This document shows, piece by piece, positions 56,627-61,933 of a stretch of DNA of 61,933 bases. The notes under the pieces were generated by a model. The model was not told the DNA's origin. It ran no database searches and worked only from the letters and a program-made list of their open reading frames with translations. A program made the position numbers and the translations under genes. The stretch lies in IMG/VR virus record IMGVR_UViG_3300027798_000045, positions 1 to 61,933 of that record; one strand, written 5' to 3'. How positions within the stretch are numbered: the first letter of the stretch is position 1; the number at the start of each line of letters is the position of its first letter. The stretch is from a virus. Its lineage: Duplodnaviria > Caudoviricetes.

Positions 56627-57423
56627 CTGACCTCCCTCGTCCACGCCGCCACATCGACGTACTGGATTCCGCCGCCGTAGGACGCCGGCCACACGCCGGA
56701 CGCCTTGTGCCCCGCGTACCGGTCGAGCCACGCCCTCGCCTGCTCGCGCGCCGCGGCCCGCTGCTCGTCGCGCAGCATGTAAACCCCGACCGCGTGCGGC
56801 TTCTCGTTCCCAACCACGATGAACACGAACTGCCGAGCCTCATCGGTCTCATCGCGCCACAGGTCGGTGTACCACGCATCCTGGATGTCGTAGCGCCACG
56901 ACGCGACGGCCTTCGCGAACCCGCGAGGTGACGGGTCCTCGGCCGTCTTGAGGTCCACGATGACCGGCTTACCGTTGACCTCGACCTCCTCGGACTGCCA
57001 GTCGAGCAGGCCCTTCAAGGCGAGCCCGGTCTTCGGGTCGGTGTGGAATACGGCGGTCGATGGCGCTCCACGGCGGAGCAGGGCGGCGGCGTCCGGGCAG
57101 TTCTTCACGGCCTCGGCCATCGCGTGCGCCTTGGACATCTGCTCCTCGGTCGCGACCGTGATGCCGGCGTCAAGCTGCGCGTCACGCCACTCGCGCGCTT
57201 CCTTGGTGCGGTACGAGTCGAACGGCGACTGCGTGTACGTGAACTTCGTCCCGAAGACCAACGACTCCGTGAGCAGGCCCAAGACCTGCGACGACGACGG
57301 CTTGGATTTCGTGGATTCCGCGAGCTGAACCGCGGCCGGGCAGTCCGAGAATGCCTTGAGCGTGGACTGGTTGACGCCTTCGGCGCGGCGATAGACGTGG
57401 TCGGGGCAGAGTTCGGTTATCAC
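56623..57423 (-). CDS. PD-(D/E)XK exonuclease (RecE/ExoVIII-like, DUF3799 type)
   Basis: VNQSTLK, LKGLLDW, IVDLKT, YDIQDAWY, FVFIVV. Confidence 0.85.
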   Translation of the reverse strand: MITELCPDHVYRRAEGVNQSTLKAFSDCPAAVQLAESTKSKPSSSQVLGLLTESLVFGTKFTYTQSPFDSYRTKEAREWRDAQLDAGITVATEEQMSKAHAMAEAVKNCPDAAALLRRGAPSTAVFHTDPKTGLALKGLLDWQSEEVEVNGKPVIVDLKTAEDPSPRGFAKAVASWRYDIQDAWYTDLWRDETDEARQFVFIVVGNEKPHAVGVYMLRDEQRAAAREQARAWLDRYAGHKASGVWPASYGGGIQYVDVAAWTREVR

Positions 57424-58412
57424 ACGCCCTCCTTCTTCGTGAGCTGCCGCAGGATAGCGCGCTCGCTGCGCTTCACGAACGCGACGAGTTCGGGTGTGAC
57501 GGGCGAGAGGCTCCGGTCTGCGTTCGCCTCGATGATGGCCTCGTGGCCAGGCCACTCGTTATCGACGGCTTTCGACAGGAACACCGTCATCGGGATCTCG
57601 TTCTCGCCAAGCCAACGACCCAGCCACACCTGCGAGTTTGCGTCGGGTTCGGATGCGGCGGGGGGGAACTGAAACACGGGGGCGGGTTCCAGGGTGGGCT
57701 CCACCACGACCTCCGCAGCCGGAGCCACCGTCACAACCGGCTGCACCACGACCGCGTCCACCGGGACCTCCGTCGCTGCGGCGGGCCGGCGAGTGCGGCG
57801 CGGTGCCTCGACCTCCTTGATGACCGGTTGAACCGTGACTTCGTGGACCGGCATGTCCTCCGCCTCGTCGCGCGTGACCATGCCGAGCGAAACCTCAGGG
57901 GCGTACGCACGGGTCCAGAACGCCGCGGCCCGGTACTGGAGCATCTGCTCAGGCATGGTCTTCCACTTCGAGCCGGCCTTCGTGTGCCAGCCTTCGGCCT
58001 TCGCCATTGCAATCGAGACGCACGACCCGACCAGCTCCTCGCCGGTCTTGAGATCCTTGGCGACCGCGCGGCAGCCCCACTCGTCGGTGCCCTCCGTGCC
58101 GCTGAACCGGAACCGCAGCGGGGAGAACTTCCCGGACTGGTTCACGGTGGCGATGAGGAACGGCGAGCCGAGCGACGGACGCCCGTGGATGACGTGCATG
58201 TTCTGCATCACGGCCAGCACGGACGCCCCGAGGCGGCCCGACAGCTCCATCGCGATGAGCACGTTGCCCATGTTTGCGGAACCGCGGTAGATTTCCGGGA
58301 CGAGGGACGAGCTGCACAGGGCGTTGCCGATGCGCTGCGCGACGACGAACGATGCCTCCCCGGAGAACGGGGAGATGGGTTGGTTGCTGTGGTTTACGGT
58401 TGCGATTTCCAT
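57420..58412 (-). CDS. ssDNA-annealing recombinase (RecT-like)
   Basis: SSLVPEIYRG, VMQNMHVIHGRPS, MAKAEGW, KWKTMPEQMLQYRA; paired with the exonuclease. Confidence 0.8.
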   Translation of the reverse strand: MEIATVNHSNQPISPFSGEASFVVAQRIGNALCSSSLVPEIYRGSANMGNVLIAMELSGRLGASVLAVMQNMHVIHGRPSLGSPFLIATVNQSGKFSPLRFRFSGTEGTDEWGCRAVAKDLKTGEELVGSCVSIAMAKAEGWHTKAGSKWKTMPEQMLQYRAAAFWTRAYAPEVSLGMVTRDEAEDMPVHEVTVQPVIKEVEAPRRTRRPAAATEVPVDAVVVQPVVTVAPAAEVVVEPTLEPAPVFQFPPAASEPDANSQVWLGRWLGENEIPMTVFLSKAVDNEWPGHEAIIEANADRSLSPVTPELVAFVKRSERAILRQLTKKEGV

Positions 58413-58429
58413 ATTTTACGTGCGTTTGC

Positions 58430-58482
58430 TGTTAGCTGATGAGTGCGTTGGGTGGCGGACGTGTTAGCTGATGAGTGCGTTG
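58430..58482 (+). repeat. Two 21-bp direct repeats TGTTAGCTGATGAGTGCGTTG
   Basis: Exact copies at 58430-58450 and 58462-58482. Confidence 0.9.
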
Positions 58483-58670
58483 AGGTCTTCGATGCTGAAA
58501 CGGACCATGCCGTCGAGCGAACGCTTCGGGAGCTTCCCGTCGCGGACTAGGGTCTTGATGTAGCTTACGGAGCAGTTGAGGTGCGCCGCGGCCGTCTCGT
58601 ACGTCCGCCAAGGGCCGGTCGTTTCGAGCACCGCTTTCCGGACAGTTCGCTGCATGGCTTGGTCAGTCAC
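58464..58670 (-). CDS. Excisionase-like HTH protein
   Basis: WRTYETAAAHLNCSVSYIKTLVRDGKLP...VRFSIEDL (HTH_17/Xis pattern). Confidence 0.8.
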   Translation of the reverse strand: MTDQAMQRTVRKAVLETTGPWRTYETAAAHLNCSVSYIKTLVRDGKLPKRSLDGMVRFSIEDLNALIS

Positions 58671-58693
58671 GGCGCGACGATGTCGGAAAAGAC

Positions 58694-59221
58694 TTGCGTA
58701 GTCAAGCGGTTGATTGTAGAAATCTTCGCGTGACGACCGTAACGACGCATCAAATGGTTCCGGCCGATGCCCACAGCTTGTCCGTATTGATGCGCGGCAT
58801 CGCTGGCGAGCGGGAGTGGTTCATGGATACCGGGCGCGCGAACGCTGGCGTGTCCATTGGAGACATCGTGATTGCCGAGCAGCGCGGCGGAATCGGAGCG
58901 GTGGCTATCGACCCGAATCCCATCGCCTTCGCCTGCATCTGGCCCGAGCGTCATCAGTACGAAGGTTTCGATCACGTCGGCCGGCTGTCGATGGGCGTCG
59001 CGAAGCAGTATCGCCGGCAGGGAATCGGCCGGAAGCTCCTCGAAGCCGTGCTGGCCGCGACGAAATTCGAGCGCGTCGAGCTGGAGGTCTTCGAGCACAA
59101 CGAGGCTGCCGTCGCGCTGTACCGCCAGTTCGGATTCGAGACCGAAGGCGTGAAGCGCAACGCGAGATTTTTGGACGGAAAATACATGAACCTCGTACTT
59201 ATGGCGCGTCTCCGCGCATGA
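58694..59221 (+). CDS. GNAT acetyltransferase (start uncertain)
   Basis: MGVAKQYRRQGIGRKLL, LEVFEHNEAAVALYRQFGF. Confidence 0.85.
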   Translation: MRSQAVDCRNLRVTTVTTHQMVPADAHSLSVLMRGIAGEREWFMDTGRANAGVSIGDIVIAEQRGGIGAVAIDPNPIAFACIWPERHQYEGFDHVGRLSMGVAKQYRRQGIGRKLLEAVLAATKFERVELEVFEHNEAAVALYRQFGFETEGVKRNARFLDGKYMNLVLMARLRA

Positions 59222-60204
59222 AACCCACCCGCTGGTCCTCCCTTGCCGACGCCTACCTGAGCGCCGGCTGCCCTGGACGTAACGGGATGCCCAAATCCCC
59301 GACGGCCGCTTCCATGGACCGCATCCGCATTGAGCGACTGCGGCCCACCTTCGGGCGCAGCAAGCTGGCGAACATCGGCCTCCTATCCGCCATCACGTAC
59401 GGTCGCAGCCAGACCGAACGCCCGCGGGCCGCTGAGCAGGAACTCGACACGCTGTCGGCCACGCTGTCGTTCGCTGCGCTGCACGGCTGGATTCCAGTGA
59501 ACCCAATCGTGCGCCGGCCGAAGCTCCAGAACGCCGCCGACGTGCGCCATTGCCGCGAGGTGATGCCGGTGGACGGCGACGAGCTGCACAGGCTAGCCTC
59601 GGAGATGTTCAGCGACGTAGCCAGCGAGGCCACCGGGTGGCAGATGCTGTTCGAGGCGCTGACGGGCTGTCGCACGTCGGAGATCCTGTCGTTTCGGATG
59701 GACGCCAAGTCGAAGCAGGAGCCGGGCTACATCGAGGGCCGGTTCCTGTACGTGCGGCGGTCCAAGGCGGGCCGGTTCCCGTTCGTGACGCTCCACCCCG
59801 CGCTCGTGACTGCGATCGAGTGGCATCGCAAGTGGCACGCCGCGACGTACGGTGACGCTTCGCCCTGGTGGTTTCCCGGCCGCGACCTGGCCCGCCCGCT
59901 GAACCGGGTGTCGCTGACGCACCGGCTGGCCGCGATTTGCAAGCGCCTTGGCCTCGGGCATCGTACCAGCCACGGGATGCGCGCGTTCTTCGTGACCGTG
60001 ATGCGGTCGCGAGGCACGTCGAACGAGCAGGTTGCGGCCATGATCGGCGACCGGACATCCTCGCTCATCGAGACGACCTACGGCGCGTTGCCCGAGGTCT
60101 GGTCGGGAGGCGAGCCGATGGATTGGATGCCGCGCGAGGGCGCTCCGGCTTGGAAGATTTTTGATGCACACAACGAACACGTAAACCAACCATGCAATTC
60201 CTAA
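59218..60204 (+). CDS. int: Tyrosine recombinase/integrase
   Basis: TGCRTSEI, HGMR, MIGD...TTY catalytic residues; ATG 59218 coupled to the GNAT stop. Confidence 0.88.
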   Translation: MKPTRWSSLADAYLSAGCPGRNGMPKSPTAASMDRIRIERLRPTFGRSKLANIGLLSAITYGRSQTERPRAAEQELDTLSATLSFAALHGWIPVNPIVRRPKLQNAADVRHCREVMPVDGDELHRLASEMFSDVASEATGWQMLFEALTGCRTSEILSFRMDAKSKQEPGYIEGRFLYVRRSKAGRFPFVTLHPALVTAIEWHRKWHAATYGDASPWWFPGRDLARPLNRVSLTHRLAAICKRLGLGHRTSHGMRAFFVTVMRSRGTSNEQVAAMIGDRTSSLIETTYGALPEVWSGGEPMDWMPREGAPAWKIFDAHNEHVNQPCNS

Positions 60205-60503
60205 ACATCGACGTAACACTCATCGACAAGACCGGCCTGATTCCCGGCAAGCCGAAGCCGGACGGACGGATTCCGAAGTACGTGGACCTCACGCTCCACG
60301 ATAACAAGGCGGGCCGCGACCAGTACGGCAACGACGGGTTCGTGACCCAGAGCTTGCCAAAGGAGCGCCGGCAGGCCGGAGAAAAGGGTCCGATTCTCGG
60401 GAACTGGAAGCACTACGAGCAGCGTGCGGCTGGAGCGCCGGTGCCGGCCCCGGTGAAGCCAGCCGCTCCGAAAACCCCAGAAGACGACGACATCCCGTTC
60501 TGA
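60192..60503 (+). CDS. Phage ssDNA-binding protein-like
   Basis: DQYGNDGFVTQ, GPILGN, acidic C-terminal DDDIPF tail. Confidence 0.65.
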   Translation: MQFLNIDVTLIDKTGLIPGKPKPDGRIPKYVDLTLHDNKAGRDQYGNDGFVTQSLPKERRQAGEKGPILGNWKHYEQRAAGAPVPAPVKPAAPKTPEDDDIPF

Positions 60504-60514
60504 ACCCCGAAATC

Positions 60515-60820
60515 ATGGACACATCCATCATCCCAAACACCCCCGGCGCGCAGCTTGCAACCCAAGGCGCAGGAACTCCGAAGACCATCACCCCCGAGGA
60601 GCGCGAGGCCCGCAAGCAGCGCATGGCGAAGGCCAGGGCTGCGCGGAAGCCGAAGTCGGAGGTCGCGGCACCTGTCGCGCCGGCTCCGGTCGCGCCGGTC
60701 GCACCCCGCGTCCACGTCGCGCAGTCCGTCACGCTGACGCCTCCGCCATCCACCCAGCGCGTCCACATCTCGATGGGCATCGCGATTCCGCCTCCGGTGC
60801 AGATTCTCAGGCCGAGGTGA
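60515..60820 (+). CDS. Basic Pro/Ala-rich hypothetical protein
   Basis: ATG start, followed by a terminator. Confidence 0.5.
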   Translation: MDTSIIPNTPGAQLATQGAGTPKTITPEEREARKQRMAKARAARKPKSEVAAPVAPAPVAPVAPRVHVAQSVTLTPPPSTQRVHISMGIAIPPPVQILRPR

Positions 60821-60836
60821 CGCACCCAGAAACAGG

Positions 60837-60873
60837 ACAGCCGCCTCAAGTACGAGGCGGCTGTTTTCGTTTC
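60837..60873. terminator. Intrinsic terminator between convergent units
   Basis: ACAGCCGCCTC-AAGTAC-GAGGCGGCTGT followed by TTTCGTTTC. Confidence 0.75.
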
Positions 60874-60888
60874 GGGGCCGGAGGTGGG

Positions 60889-61932
60889 TTACAAGTCGCT
60901 CGCCAGCGTCCTGAACGCAAGCTCTGCTGTGGCTGGCACTACGCCATTTCCGAGGAGTCGGAGTTCGTCGGTTCTATTGTCACAGGACACGCACAGCTTG
61001 GCATAGTCCAGCCCACGGGCAGTCCCATCAGGGTTTCTACCCAGCGAGGGTTGAGTTTCCCCTGCGTGTGCAGCTTCTTCACCTGATCCGCAATACCCAC
61101 TTGCGGATCTTTCGGCGTACGGTTGGTCAGTTTTACTCCTTCTGGCTTTGCTTCGATTAACTGCGAGGTTGGTGTTCTCCACGCTTTCGGTGTCGCGCCC
61201 ACTTGATTCTGGAGATAAATCTGCTGGCTGTGCGCTTGGTTCTTCTCCTCCGCTACGGATGGTGTTCTCCATTGCTTGACCTGTAACGTCAACGGCATCG
61301 TTGCCACGTCCCCCTTGGCTTGCCTCAAGGCCCATGTCTCCGGGTTCTCGTCTGTGACCTTGCCCGATCTTGGCGTCGCCCACGATTGCCGCTTCTCCTT
61401 CTCCACCATCTCTACTTGCTGATTGATGGTTTGAGATTGTAGCACCAGGCGACCATCCGGTTGTAGCCTGTACGCCCTCTCTCCGGGTTTCGCTGGTTGA
61501 CCGTCTTTCGTGAATAACGTCTCCACCCTGGCTCCAGCCTCGTTGGCTGATGGCGTTCTCCATTGAGATGACAACTCTGGGCGGTTCCCATGAGTGCTGG
61601 GGCTGGCTGGGGCGGGACGGCCATTGGCAATAGCTTGCTGCACGGCGATTGTCAAAGGCGTCCCCATTCCGTTCCCATTGCGATGCTTCTCTATGTTTCG
61701 AGCCTTCCTCGCCTCCCATGAGGCTAATGTTTCCCCATCGTTCACTACGGCTCCGCTTGGAGTGGGCCAAGATGAAGACCCGTTTGCGTTGATGAGGCGC
61801 GCCAATTTCAGCCGCGCTGAATATGCCCCACGTTGTTCTGTAACCCATTCTTCCCAAGTCTTCGATGACGTTGGACAACCCCAACGAGATATGTCCTTCG
61901 ACATTTTCAAAGAAACAGATACTTGGTCGCAT
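60889..61932 (-). CDS. C5 methyltransferase alpha polypeptide, copy 2 (5' part cut by window end)
   Basis: FFENVEG, PHQRKRVF, LLGNGVVP; near-identical to copy 1 outside the variable modules. Confidence 0.88.
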   Translation of the reverse strand: MRPSICFFENVEGHISLGLSNVIEDLGRMGYRTTWGIFSAAEIGAPHQRKRVFILAHSKRSRSERWGNISLMGGEEGSKHREASQWERNGDAFDNRRAASYCQWPSRPSQPQHSWEPPRVVISMENAISQRGWSQGGDVIHERRSTSETRREGVQATTGWSPGATISNHQSASRDGGEGEAAIVGDAKIGQGHRREPGDMGLEASQGGRGNDAVDVTGQAMENTIRSGGEEPSAQPADLSPESSGRDTESVENTNLAVNRSKARRSKTDQPYAERSASGYCGSGEEAAHAGETQPSLGRNPDGTARGLDYAKLCVSCDNRTDELRLLGNGVVPATAELAFRTLASDL

Positions 61933-61933
61933 T
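60939..61933 (-). CDS. C5 methyltransferase beta polypeptide, copy 2 (alternate frame, 5'-truncated)
   Basis: Five W-x-T-P modules and LNPRWVETLMGLPVGWT. Confidence 0.8.
   Translation of the reverse strand, partial: CDQVSVSLKMSKDISRWGCPTSSKTWEEWVTEQRGAYSARLKLARLINANGSSSWPTPSGAVVNDGETLASWEARKARNIEKHRNGNGMGTPLTIAVQQAIANGRPAPASPSTHGNRPELSSQWRTPSANEAGARVETLFTKDGQPAKPGERAYRLQPDGRLVLQSQTINQQVEMVEKEKRQSWATPRSGKVTDENPETWALRQAKGDVATMPLTLQVKQWRTPSVAEEKNQAHSQQIYLQNQVGATPKAWRTPTSQLIEAKPEGVKLTNRTPKDPQVGIADQVKKLHTQGKLNPRWVETLMGLPVGWTMPSCACPVTIEPTNSDSSEMA

Larger units (their letters stand above)
11056..61933. mobile_element. Phage B, apparently complete 50,878-bp temperate podovirus-like genome
   Basis: Full set of terminase, portal, scaffold, capsid, tail, lysis, replication and integrase genes; circularises via the 127-bp repeat, which restores an intact MTase gene. 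Confidence 0.85.

Noticed and set aside
58816-59217. N-terminal extension of the integrase ORF
   Set aside because: Overlaps the GNAT in another frame and is low-complexity Arg-rich; ATG 59218 gives normal coupling.
1-61933. tRNA, rRNA, DNA/RNA polymerase, CI repressor and host chromosomal genes
   Set aside because: None recognised by eye; tRNAscan, Infernal and HMM searches are needed to confirm absence.

Overview
The window is entirely phage DNA and contains two related but distinct podovirus-like genomes joined through a shared cytosine-methyltransferase locus. Bases 1 to ~10928 are a fragment of phage A (visibly lower GC): tail and ejection module plus three small basic genes. Bases ~11056-61933 appear to be a complete, GC-rich, circularisable temperate phage B of 50,878 bp. 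The last 127 bp of the window exactly match 10929-11055, a lasso join that may be an assembly chimera. Phage B encodes a cluster of small early genes, a primase-helicase, an SF2 helicase, a VRR-NUC nuclease, a major capsid protein, a tailspike, holins and spanins, and a terminase-glycosyltransferase-portal-scaffold operon. It also encodes tail tube and ejection proteins (including a 3127-aa modular polyvalent protein), RecE/RecT-like recombination genes, an excisionase-like HTH, a GNAT and a tyrosine integrase. Most notable: (1) a dual-reading-frame C5 methyltransferase whose alternate-frame subunit carries exchangeable W-x-T-P modules that differ between the two copies; (2) a glycan-building cluster inside the head-packaging operon; (3) DNA-level linker repeats and a repeat-flanked enzyme cassette inside the giant ejection protein. 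All product calls come from motif recognition by eye; no database searches were run.
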